Below, in pieces: positions 31,058 through 43,706 of a DNA stretch of 62,000 nucleotides. Position 1 is the stretch's first letter, and each line of letters starts with the position of its first letter. The DNA comes from Diadema setosum (Eukaryota): the NCBI RefSeq assembly GCF_964275005.1, contig NC_092704.1, positions 35,154,001 through 35,216,000 of the forward strand, written 5' to 3'. A model generated the notes under the pieces. It had not been told where the DNA came from, made no database searches, and saw nothing but the letters and a program-made list of their open reading frames with translations. Both the position numbers and the translations under genes were made by a program.

Positions 31058-33889
31058 TATCAGCCGGGAAACATTTTGGAATGTTACTGTAGATGTCATG
31101 AGGATTCAGCAAATCAATATCTTCCAGATACAATATCAGAATCTCAATGAACTTTATCAACTCTAATCCACTTAGAAATAGATGAAGCTCCATACTCTAC
31201 ATGGACGACATATAAAAGGGTATGGTAAAAGTGGACACTATGGGGGTTTTGTGTGTGTGTGAGTATTAGTTTGTGCTGGGTCAGGCAAGATGAAATTTGT
31301 GTGTTTTTAATTCTAGGAAATCAAGACATTTTACAGTGGTACAAACTGTCACAAGTTAAAATATTCATGTGCTTTTTATTGGCACTAGTTTCTGGTTGTG
31401 CGACATGCCTGCAAATTTTTCACACCACAAAAATTGCCACTTTTACAGTTTAAGAACTTAAAGGTCACAATAGGATAGTGGAGACTGCCTATGGTATCAT
31501 ATTGGATAGGAGTATCAATTCCATTCATTTCAAGTCTCTCTTAAGTAGCATTCAATCCTGTAAAGTTTGTTTGTTTTTCTGCGAACATTGTTATTCTTCC
31601 ATCACATTCCTAATACTAATAGTCAGTGCAAGGAGACTATGTGTTGATAAGAAGTCATCCTTGTGACATCACAGGTCTCTCTTCTCACATGAACACAGCA
31701 CATAACAGCAACTAACTTGTAGTCTGATAGTACTGTATTACAGACCCAACAGTGACCAGACGTGATATGGGCAATGACCAACTTATTTTAGCATCACAAA
31801 GCAGCTTTGGTATGATAAACTAATCAATTGAATACAACCTTACTCTGTAACCTTTAAAATACTGACAAGCACTGTCAGACTTTTTTTCCCCTCTTGCAAA
31901 TCCTGTCATTAACACCACAATCTACTTCTCTGAAATGTTCCATCTAAACAGTTCTGTAAGATTTCCTTTGTAATCTCTTCCAGACAGCCAATAATAATCC
32001 TTGCATGGAGACTAGCCATAATCCATCTTAGGATCAAAAGGCCATTTTTCCCTTGAAAGAAGATTAGTGGACCTCAGGAAGGGGACTCTGAAAACTCAAT
32101 GGCACTGGACTTATTCAACAAGGAAAAACAACAAATAGGGCCTACAGACCATGAATGAGAATAACATGCTACCTACAGTAACTACATGTACATTGTATGT
32201 CACAGCAAAAATATCAGCAATGCCTTCTAATACCATGAAACACATCACACACTTGTCTGTTCAAATGTCATGATACAACATTTAAAATTCATGCAGGAAT
32301 GAGAGGGAAGTATTTGAAACCAGATGTCTGCTTGTTCTCAGATCACTTTGACCTTTCCTCAAACTTTCACTGATGTGTTCTACTAACGTTGCTGCTTTCA
32401 TTCAATCCACATTGCTCTTTGGGTTTGGGTTTCCTTTTATTCTTCCTTCTTTTGATAGGGTCAAGGGGCTATATGAGTTGTGTACTTCAAGTTGGCCAAT
32501 TAAAGCAAACACGAGTAAATCTATTTTGAACTCTGAGTATAACTAACATAATTCCACAAAATACAGATAAACAGACATGAACATTTAATGCAGCCTGAGA
32601 ATGAACACTCTTTAAACAAAACATTTCACACAAATTGCTATAGTCAACTTAAATTTGAATGAGAAATGACCTCTTTGAAATTTAGATTACACCATACTTT
32701 ATGAGGAAGGCAAAAGTAGATCAAGCATGCGAACTCTCTCATTACTGCTCATACATGTATGTATTCATTGAGATCTCTTTCAAGACTTCCACAGTAAAAT
32801 GTCCCTAACTTCTGATAAAAAGGTTTCCCTACAGCCTGTTAATAATTCACATACAATGTACATGTATATTGTTCAGTAAAGCTGTCTCTTGATTAAGAAA
32901 TTAAAATAGACTTTTGTCATATTTCTTGCACTGGCTTCAGTGAGTCATACTGGAATAAAATTGAATAATTATTTTGCAGCTTAGTGAAACATTAATTTGT
33001 ATCTCATAAATGCAGACACGTATGGTACAGAATGGCTAAACAGATTTTTTTACCTCACAAGGGAGTACACTGTAATATCAATAAAATAAAAATGGCATGA
33101 GTTTCTCTGGCACATTGCATGCATCTTGCTTGGATCTGCCTGTCTCTGGGCTCTCGTTACATCTGACTCACCCTTAGGCATCCCTGGGCAGATCGTCAAA
33201 TCTCTGATTCAATTTAAGCAAGCTATTGCGACACGTGTACATCTCAGAAAAAAATTTCATCTTATTCTACATCCGTCAGGAGTCATGCCTGATAAAATCA
33301 TCACCCACAACCATAGCGATGCTGCCAAGTAAAACTTTTGGAGACGGACAGACGACAGCACAAGTTACAATTTTCCCGTCACTCTGACTTTAACAATGTA
33401 CTCAAAATCAGGAAATTACCCACTGAGAGCTTTCAGGACTCACTTTCCTGCATTTTCCACTTTTCTCTGCTCTTCAGTAAAATACATTATGGACCTTAAA
33501 TGAATGAGGAGTAGACAGAATCTTTTTAACCCTGTACACAACATGTATTCAAATTCATATCTCTAAAATCAATTTATTCATAAAAGGTTTGCTGACTTCA
33601 ATCAGTTGAGTGTACAGATGGATAAAGATCTCTCTCTCTCTCTCTGCAGTTTGTCACTACTTACAGTCAAACCTGTCTGTAGCAGCCATCCAAGGTAGGC
33701 AAAAAGATTGGCCATTATAGACAGGTGGTCGCTAGAGACAGGTTATCCAACTTTTGTGCGCATTGCCTATGCATTGCCTATAATATAGGCAATGTTGGAT
33801 AACCTGTCTCTAACAATGATGATACGTGTAGGACCTACTATTATGTAGTTCCTATACATATCATCATTGTATACAAGTACTTACACGTA

Positions 33890-35022
33890 CAGTCAAACCT
33901 GCCTTAGCGGCCATCTGTCTATAGCGGCCACCTGTATATAGCAGCCACCTGCCGTATGCGACCACTGAAAAATCCCCCACCCCCCCCCCCCCCCCGACAA
34001 AAATCCTGTCAAAGACCCTGTGTATAGTGGCCACCTGTCTAACATGGCCAGCAGCCACAGGCCCACTCAAGCCCTTTTTACACTTGTGTTTCTTAACCCC
34101 GGACTTTCTCTGACCCAGGACTATCGTTAGTCCCGTACCAATTTTTTCAGCTTTTTACACTGGCCAATTAGTCCCGTACTATCTCTAGTGCGGGGCTATG
34201 GAGAAAACTGACCTTTTTTACACTCGTATTTCTTAGCCCCGGACTTTCCAAACCACATGAATAATCATGATTACGCTGTGCACTGTACACGTACACGCAC
34301 GCACCAGCAGCACTTGATTACCTCATTTCTGATTGGTCAGTGGGGGTCGGACTTCGTCTCCGTCGCTTAGCCCCGGATTATTTTATCGTTCTGTTTACAC
34401 TCACTTGCTTGGCACCGCAATTGCGGTGCTAACCCTGCTATTTTGCAGGGCCAGATAGTACGGGATTATCGGTGGGGCTAGCCCACTTTGGCAAAAACGA
34501 GTGTAAACAGAAAGTGGGCTAAGGATAGTCCCGTACCAACGGTGGGGCTAAGGCCCCCCCTTAGCCCCACCGTTGGTACAGGACTAAGCAAAAATTTTCA
34601 AGTGTAAAAAGCCCTTCAGAGCCGCTGCAGCAGCCGAGCCAATAATTTAGCATGCTTTTCTGCTTCGTAGCCGTACCAGTCGTTCATGGGTAACGTTCAG
34701 TCTGTGATCGCCACCACTGAATTCATCACTCATAAGTCATAATAATGCACTAGTCAAGTGTAAAGCTTTCTTCACAACTTGTACACATGCTACTGTGCAA
34801 CAAATTGATCAATACCGGCATTGTTCAATGTATGAAACACACATGTTCATAAGTACAGCTGTTTTATGCATACTAGATACAACCATGATTATACGTACTT
34901 GTATGTTAAAGCATGTACACACAAAAGTCGGATAACCCGTCTATTAGTATAGCGGCCACCCGTCTATAACAGCCACTCTTTTCGCCTCCCTTGGGTGGGC
35001 GCTATATAGACAGGTTTGACTG
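33890..35022. mobile_element. Inner CAGTCAAACCTG-family MITE
   Basis: TA-cagtcaaacctg...caggtttgactg-TA with repeated ggccacctgt.tata motifs. Confidence 0.8.
34070..34615. mobile_element. PIF/Harbinger-like MITE nested in the inner element
   Basis: agccctttttacacttg...caagtgtaaaaagccct ends; 3-bp TSD TCA; repeated tagcccc/tagtccc motifs. Confidence 0.8.
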
Positions 35023-36169
35023 TACATGTGTATAACGTACGCACACGTGCGTTTCATGCATTGAAAAATACTGAGTATTGATCAAGTTGTTGCACAATAG
35101 CATATTATGTACAAGTACAGTCGTGAAGAAAGCTTTATTATGACTGATATTAAAGTGATGAATGCAGTGGTGGTGATTCACTGAACATTACCCATGAATG
35201 ACTGGCATGGCTACAAAGCAGAAACAGACAATAAATTATCGGCTTGGCTGCGGTTCCATGTGGGTCTGTGGCCGCTATAGACATGTTAAAATCTACCGCG
35301 GGAAACAAAATTTGTGGCCGCTGGCTGCATTAGACAGGTGGCCGCTATACACAGGGTCTTTAATGGGGCTTTTGTTTTGGGGGGATTTGTCAGTGGCCTC
35401 ATACCGCAGGTGGCTGCTATAGACAGGTGGCCGCTAAGGCAGGTTTAACTGTACTTGCTAAGAATGAATGGAAATAAAATTTTGACACCGTCTACAATTT
35501 GTACATACTACAACATCACCATATGTAATCAAGCGTTCAATTTTTCCACCATCCTGATAAACACACAGACTTCATCTGATACAAACTGCATCAAGTTTTG
35601 ATCACTGGTTAACCCTTCCATTGACTTTTATAAGCTGTGAATTACTGTAAAATTTGAAAAATTAAACTTTTAATGTTTGTATACAGAGTATTGATAAACT
35701 GAATGTTATGCGCAAGCTTCAGATTAGTGAATGAAAAGAACCTGTTAAACTGGATGATTTTTCAAGCATAGCATGAAGAAACAGGAAGAGACAAGAGAGG
35801 AAAGAAGAGGGTGTATGAGAGAGAGAGAAGGTAAGAAGACAAAGCTGGAGGTTGTGATGGAGGAAGGCACTGACCCACACAGATCCAATTTCTGCATAGA
35901 GTTAATCAGTGTTCCACTGGACAGAGAGGGCTTTCACATTTACTGACAACTTGCTGGATTAAACATACGTACACTTTGTAGCTTTACTACTACAAACCTT
36001 CAACCAACAGTTCTTTTGTGAGAAAAATTGAATCATACCTCAAAACGTGTTTCTCAAATCATATTTACTAGTCACAGTTCAGAGGTGTTTTTAAATCAAG
36101 TTTGCTCAAATATGTACCAGTGCATACAAATGTACACTATGTATCTCTTACAGAACGCTAACCCTCTAA

Positions 36170-36664
36170 GGCTGCGTTTATCTAAAAATTTTCTGAGGCA
36201 GATCGAATCACAATCCTAAACGCGATTGAGGCATTTTCAGGGGTTAGATAAACGCAACCATGTTTTCAAACGCATTTAGAAACGCCAAATTAAAACGCCT
36301 TTCAAAGGGCGTTTTGAAACACGTTTGAAGCAAGATCACAGTTCTGTGGGTAGATAAACGCAATGCCGTTTTGAAATGCGTTTATATCTCAAGGTCAAAT
36401 CCCAGCTGTTTCCGGTATGTGCTCTCTACCCATTATTTGTGTGTGACTGATGAGGCATGTTTGGTGGCATAACATGCAGTTGACATTTACTTCCCAGGTC
36501 AAACAGTGCAAAGCAACTGCGCATTGACACCACTCGAATCGCAATTGTATGATGGTTAGATAAACGCGGCACCCCGAGAATCGCTTTTCAAACCACGTTT
36601 GCAAACACCGTTCCAAACGTATTTGGAAACACGATTTTCTCTCTCAAGTTACACAAACGCAGCC
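36170..36664. mobile_element. PIF/Harbinger-like MITE
   Basis: GGCTGCGTTT...AAACGCAGCC TIRs; TAA TSD; repeated aaacgc motifs. Confidence 0.8.
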
Positions 36665-37951
36665 TAAAACAAGACTTGAGTTGGTGCTGAGCAAGACCTT
36701 GTACTTGATACAGCCATGGTACCTACGCACACACACCTACTACTCTTGCATGTAAGCATATCAAGAGACACTCAAATGGTTGCATTTTGAAAACATCATT
36801 CCAAACGAGTTTAGTTTCAGTATGAAAGCACTCCCTGTACACAAATCATGGAGTGAGTCAGGGCAGGTGTTGAGGGAGAGCGCCCTGTATTCCTACACCC
36901 TGTGGGATCCCTCTATCGCCTCCTCACTCAACTCATCCTTTGTCTGATACACATTGCATTGGCTCCATTTACACTGCACCACTGATGAAAGCAAGCCTCG
37001 TTCAGAGAGCCTCAAGTGTGTGGGCTTTACCTTTCTCCATAAATGACCTGCCCACAATTCTAAGGGCTTGTTTCATGAACAAAGACAAGAAATGTGGATG
37101 AAAAGGGTGAGGGGAAGAAGGTAGTATACATACATGATGAGTCTGCAAGCTGCACAGGTGCCAATATATATTGTCAGTGCAGCTAAAGATGCTTCCCTCA
37201 ACAATGTTGAAATCAAGCTCAAAGACTTTACGAAATGTAATCAATGCATCACGTCTATTAAAAATAAATTTATGTAAAATGAATACCTCAAACTTGTTGA
37301 CTCTCATTCAAAATCTTAGTTACAAATCAACAACAATTTTATGCTTAAATTCAATTTCAAATGTTTGAAATTCATATCATAACACAGAAAGAAAAAGAAA
37401 GATTGGGATCTCATCCAGAATCTCTGTACAGCATTGTCATCCAGAGATGGAACTATAGGCCTATTAAATGTACTGACCAGATGTTTTGCAATTACTGTAA
37501 AAGTGGAAATTTTCACCATGATGCATAATTTCTGTGCATTTTGCGCAACCAGAAGAAGCTAGCACATAAATAAAAGCATGCAAATATTTTTGTATGTGTT
37601 CCAGTAGGCCCAATCATTGTCCTGATTCTACAGAATTAAAAACACTTGCAATTCATGTTACCCGGCCGAGCACGAAAAATTACTCACACAAATTCTTTTA
37701 CACACTGTTTGTATGCTTTTACATCGGTAACCTGACATTACTCGCAGTATTCCAATCTTCTGATTAAAGGAGTGTTCTTTGACACAAATTTTCAAACAAA
37801 CAAACAAAAATATGATATGGCAAACATCCTCCCCAACAATCTAATTTGCGAAACAGGAGTTATTTGGGCTATATGTACAAAAAACAAAAACAAAACAAAA
37901 CAAACACTGGGCACATACAGACATACAAACAGACAGACCTAAACACAACTA

Positions 37952-38160
37952 CTGTAAAAGTGGATATTTTCGCGTGACTAATTTTTCGCGCTTGGCCAGG
38001 TAAGAAGAGTTTCGCATGTTTTTAATTTCGCGAAATCAAGACATCAGCTACTGGAACATATGGCACGCAAAAATATTCGCGTGCTTTTATTTTCGCGCTA
38101 ACTTCTGGTTGCGTGAAATCCGTGAAAATTTCAACACCACAAAAATTTCCACTTTTACAG
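37952..38160. mobile_element. Tc1/mariner-type MITE (CTGTAAAAGTGGA family); degraded copies at ~31310-31449 and ~37495-37703
   Basis: TA-ctgtaaaagtgga...tccacttttacag-TA. Confidence 0.85.
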
Positions 38161-38523
38161 TATTGGCCTACTGTAAAAGGCTATTATTGGCCATAAAAAA
38201 GAAAAAGAAAAAAAAGATCAGTTGACAACATAATGGTAAACTTTCAAAATGATCCAGAAGAATTCTAGCTTAATGATCATCAAGCTAGAACTCTTCTGGA
38301 TCATTTTGAAAGTTTAAGATGAATTTCTTCAGATTAGAGCTCCATTACAATGATAAAAAGCATTTGAACTTAAATGCACATAATGTATACATTGTACATG
38401 ACTGAAAAGAGCATCCTTAAACACATTACTGCCAGTGGAGAACAAACCAGTGAAAAGGGGATTAATCAATTATATGGCAAAGATTAAATACATACCTGTG
38501 AGCCAGCCAACATGGCATATTGT

Positions 38524-39180
38524 ACCGGTATATCAATCTACTACCGCGGGCAATCAACATCACTACACACATTGTCATTTACAGGGGGTTGTATAGTTGA
38601 GGGGTCTACATCGCGCACGAAAGGTTGTGATGCTGTGAATTTCTCAATAAATATCACGAAAATGCAGAAAAATCACCTCCCAGAATCTCCTGATGATACG
38701 ATGACGAGTAGTGCGCTGTCGCCATTTGTATGTCAGAGTTGAATTTCTGCGTTCAATTTCTCGGGGTATCAACAATGTAGGTCGCGCAGCTGCCCTCTGT
38801 AGTTTCATGCGTGAAAGTGTCTGCCCCTCTGCGGCTGTAACGTGCTTCGGCTTTCGTAAACGATTGATCGAACAAATTACGAATTCTATATCAGCTACGA
38901 ACGAGACAAGCGAGACGACACATCTAGGCTACAACAACATCCTTAAACAGATTTTAACTAAGCTAAGGTAGGTAAATTAAAAGGTAAAAAATTGGAAATT
39001 TAGAGAAAAATTTGTTCGAAATCAAAATTTCTTACCTGCTTCCTTCTCATGTTTAGCGGTTGTCAGGTATGTTTATTCCATGGGCGTATTGGCAAAGTTT
39101 GCGCTTAGTCCCAAGCGTAATATTGCTTGCTATACTTGCTATGCGCGACCATTAAATCCCTCCGTGAGAATCCCCTTTAA
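38524..39180. mobile_element. Probable truncated Kolobok-like DNA element
   Basis: CpG-rich block unlike its flanks, ending in gagaatcccct-TTAA; left terminus unclear. Confidence 0.35.
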
Positions 39181-41596
39181 AATACTTACACTCCAATCTT
39201 CCATATTCCAACCCATGCACTAAAATAACGATAACATTTACGCAGAACTACAATTTGCATGTGGCCCTGGCTACCACTGTACGGTTGTTTTCTAAGAATG
39301 ACAGTATTTTCCACATTTGTGCACAGACCCATTGCAGTCAACCCACAAACTAATCCACTTACACACAAGCTGATGATCACAACGAAGGACGCCGTAATCC
39401 ATGTCTGAAATCCAACAAGCACATGTGTTCCTCTTGATCCGATATTTGCACTTTTGTACAACACGTTTAAGGAATTTGCTGCGCTAAAGGGGGAAAACCA
39501 TTTGCCTCCAATACATATTCAACCTGAGAATTTTATCCATCTCTTGTGTACCAGTAGTATGATGACAACGAAGCAGAAACTGTACACAGACCACACAGTC
39601 ATCAATCATAAAGTTATTGTGTACTTCCCAGCACCAACTGTAATCAAACTGTTGATGTTGTTACACGACCGAAGCCATGTAATTTGCCACCAACAATGCT
39701 GTTTTTGTCTAGTATGTAATGATTCCAAGCATGCAGCCAAGGTTTTCCAGGCTCACTAAACCGTGAATAAAACAGAGCTCAAGGGAAATGCAGCAGAGCA
39801 TTCATACACAACTCAAATCAACAAATGAGAGAAAAGAACCTGAGGCAGGGTAGGACAGGAGTAAAATTCAGACTCCGCACCTCATACTCCAGCTCTTGTC
39901 CTAAAATTGCTGCCCGCAAATTTGAAGTACATGAACAATGAGGTCATTCCCAGCAGCTCACCTTTTTTTTCTGCCGTCCACCATTCATCAGAAGTAAATC
40001 CCTTGACCAAAGCAATGAAAGAGGCACTTGTTTAGTAAGCGTTGTGTACTGAAACACCACACATCACACATTTCTGTATGCTGTGTGTGGGTTGTGTGTA
40101 TCTGACATGTGTGTGCATCCCCCTATGATGTCATCCCTAATGTGCAAAGATGGATTTTTTTTCCCCCTGCTGTCTTGCTGAAATGTGTGTGTATGTGTTC
40201 TGTTGCATGATATGTGCACACACTACAAGTGTGTGTGATGCAACTCTCATCCAATCTACACCACAACCAGGATCCACTTTGGGAGGAGATTGGGCTACTG
40301 TTATTACCTTGTGATCTGAAATGGCTGAATGCATCTGAAAGAAAGAAAGGACAATGGCCAGTCTGGAGGTAAACCCAAGCAAGCTTGCTGGCTCCTATTG
40401 TGTGCCTATGGTCTAGTGGCTTTACAAGGACAAGCTGATGGTCTATGACTAATAGCTTCTTCCCACTCCAGATTGAAATGCAGTGAAGACAAACTTGAAC
40501 CTGATGTAAAACAATGGGGATCTTTGTCCTGTTCATGCAAGATTGCAGTGAACTGAAGCTAAAAAAGAAACAACAATCCCACAGTAATCCAGCACTCAGA
40601 AATATCATACAACCTGTCATTATCCTGGGAATAAAAGATGAAAATTCTATCTTTATCTCAGAAATATATTTGCTTATATATATTCAGTGATCTGATGAGG
40701 ATGTACAAACATGAATGAACTAGTATCATAATATATTCAAGCTTTTCTTGAAAAGAAATTAATCTCTTAAGGCTTAATAAACATGAATTAGGACCCTATA
40801 TGCATATATATTTGTACAATCTTCAAGTCATATTCTCCACCTACGTATGCCTCACTCAGTGTGTGTCTGTTTGCTTAAAAAAAAAAAAAAAATCAAGACT
40901 ACACAAGGCTCCTAGGTTGGATTTTTTTTCCTGCCTATTTCCAGAATTTCTGGGTCTTGTTTGTTTGTTTGTTGTTGTTGTTGTTTTTTGCATCACCCCC
41001 CCCCCCCATTCAGTCTACATGGATGTGAGCAAGATGTAATTTCTGTTAAATGGTAGTTAATGCATTTTCAAGAATACTTTGTGATCTCTTGTCATTGTGT
41101 TTGTCTCTCAGACAGAATACAAGAATCACTAGATCAATCAAAATTCAATTTGAGGGTAATAACCATCATCTTGACAATGTAGGCTGATGCAGTAGCCAGA
41201 TGTGTCCAAGATTTCTCTACCAGATTGGCCAGAAAGCATCAGCATTTTGTGCGTGTGTCAAGAGTGTGGATCTCAGCCAAGTTTAGCAGATTTCTAAACC
41301 ATCTGCCTCAATCATCCTCACCTGTCTGTACAGTTGTGCAGTAACTTATTATGCATTGTGGTATAGTTTGGCCAAACTGGCAAATGATCTGCCCTGAATT
41401 CTATCAAAATGAAATAAAAAAAGAAGCCACAAATCAAACAACTGATGCACAGAATAAAGAACAAAGTCAGTTCTGCATTCATTTTCCTAAAAACTATAAT
41501 GATGCTTACAAGAAATATTATGGTATCTGAATGAAAACAGTACCAGGTGAATTTTCCTTGGTATACGTGTATTACCTTGGTATTTTAATGAGAACA

Positions 41597-41953
41597 CATG
41601 GATGTATGCAAGGGGGGGGGGGGTCGTGAGGGCCGTACGACCCCCCCCCCCAAAAAAAAAAAAAAAATTTTCAGAAGGTCCACTTTGCAAAATACAATTT
41701 TTTCTGAGGGCCTTTCCACAATGACCTAAATGAAAAAAGCATTGACCAGGTACCAGCAAAGAGTCCAAAAACCTTTGCCAATTGCGTGACGTAATTCTAA
41801 CCCAATTCCAGCCACTCTGACACTGAGTCTGCCATCCGCTTCAAGCCGCGCTGCAATCGATCTTTTGTCGAATTTCATTGCAAAAAGGTCCAAAAAATTG
41901 TGATCATGACCCCCCCCCCCCCCCCCCCAGAAAAAATCCTGGATACACCCCTG
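41597..41953. mobile_element. hAT-like MITE
   Basis: catggatgtatgcaagg...cctggatacacccctg degenerate TIRs; GAACA on both flanks. Confidence 0.5.
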
Positions 41954-41987
41954 GAACAGTGCTAACAAACTATGGTGGTATTCTATA

Positions 41988-42198
41988 CAAGGCTTGGCAT
42001 TTCAGTGGCTCAGTGGCCTGGGGCCGATAGAAATTGATGTAAGGCCACCAAATGTTTTTTTTAGTGGCCCGATCTGGTACATAATATCCAATATGAATTT
42101 TTATCTTTCCTATTATTTTGGGCCACCAAAATTTCCAATTCAAAGATTTTACTGGCCCAAACAGGTCACATGAGAAAAAAAGTTAGTGTCTAGCCCTG
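41988..42198. mobile_element. Degenerate hAT-like MITE
   Basis: caaggcttggca...tgtctagccctg ends with internal tggcc/ggcca repeats. Confidence 0.4.
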
Positions 42199-43460
42199 TG
42201 ATAACATGGCAATATTGACATGAATGCACCTAAAGTATGCAGAACTCTCTCTCTCTCTTGAGGAGAATATCACTAGGGGAAAAAAAAAAAGTTTTTCTCT
42301 ACCTCCAGAGGTTGAAATCAATGCGATACCTGATAGAGCAATGACCCACAAAGTGAATACTTTAGTTCTCCATGCTACTAGTCATGCATGGAATGCATCT
42401 AACAAGATGAACATTCCAAAATTCACTTCTTTACACCAGGCTAATATGTCTTTATCCTCTCTAGTATTTCTCATTGCCCTATCCATTTCTGCTGAGAGAT
42501 GCTCCACATTATAACTTAATATCCAGGGTTCATGACCAAAGATCTCCTCTTGCAGATACAAATGATAGACTTGTGAGTATCATATCTCCCTCTGTTTTGC
42601 CTAGGACTTGGTTGGGAGCTATGATAATACACAACCATCTGTCATCTTGGTGTTTCACAACTGAAATGAACCAACTGACAACATAGATTACCATGCTTCT
42701 GATTTAGGGCAATAAATGACACATTCACTTTCTCACCTATTTCTCTATGTGCTTTTTCTTTCAGAGGCTTTTTTAAAGTTTTATTTTTATCATTTTTTTT
42801 TCAGAGCTAACCAAACAATTAGTCTACTTCTTTTGGACTTTTTTCCCAACAAATTCGAAGGGACACTATACTTGATTGGAATGATTTTGTCTTTGGCATG
42901 AAGACTCTTAATGGCTAATTATGCAACTTTCATCATATTCTTGATGATTTACACCAGTAAAATTCAAAGCATAGTAACATATTCTTCTTTTTAGACCATG
43001 TGTTTGGTAAAATATACTAATATGAAAACTATTCTTAAGGACTAGTATACTTCAGTTTGTTTCCAAAGACCTTATGTCAAATATTACACATTTGACATGT
43101 TAGTCCCCATCTATTTTTTTTTCTGGTCTATTTTCAACATAAATCCATGTGATATGATGTGCAAGAAATGCATAACTTCAATGTCCTTTTGTAGAAACTA
43201 CACTTTGACTTAGTTACTGATTGTTATTTGTAACCATGGAAAAGCAGTTTTTGTGCATATAGAAATCATTTAGTTCCATTACATCCAAGCTTCATTTACT
43301 TTGATGTCATATCATATAAATAACAAATGTCAAATATACATTACATACTGTATATGTAAGCCATATATTTAGCAGTCAAATTTTTGGTGAATTGAGAGTT
43401 CTCGGCAATTTCACTATGCTTAAATTGGTAATTATGGAGTACAGTAATAAACAAAGAAAT

Positions 43461-43706
43461 GAAGAGTTTGTTCGCAAAAACCGATAAGTCCATATTTGCC
43501 AAATGGAGATATTTGCGATTATAGGTCAAGAAAAATAAAGAGAATAATAAGAAAATTTTGCTTCTTTTGACCATAACTTCAAAAATGTACCTTTATATGT
43601 AGTGACCAATATATCATTTAAAATGTATTATTTTGTACTTTATGACAGAGACCGTACTTCAAAATCTTCAAAAATGGACTTATCGGTTTTTGCGAACAAA
43701 CTCTTC
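43461..43706. mobile_element. MITE with >30-bp TIRs and 4-bp AAAT TSD (Sola-like)
   Basis: gaagagtttgttcgcaaaaaccgataagtccat perfectly inverted at the right end; AAAT on both sides. Confidence 0.8.

Larger units (their letters stand above)
33664..35451. mobile_element. Outer Tc1/mariner-type MITE (CAGTCAAACCTG family) split by nested insertions
   Basis: TA-cagtcaaacctg...caggtttaactg-TA; both halves match the inner copy in opposite orientation. Confidence 0.65.

Noticed and set aside
39031..39216. Minus-strand ATG-donor segments MRRKQ and MGWNMEDWS
   Set aside because: Phase 0, incompatible with the phase-1 acceptor at 18000; the first lies in a probable transposon fragment.
40123..40620. 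165-aa minus-strand ORF
   Set aside because: No recognisable motif and no convincing splice boundaries seen.
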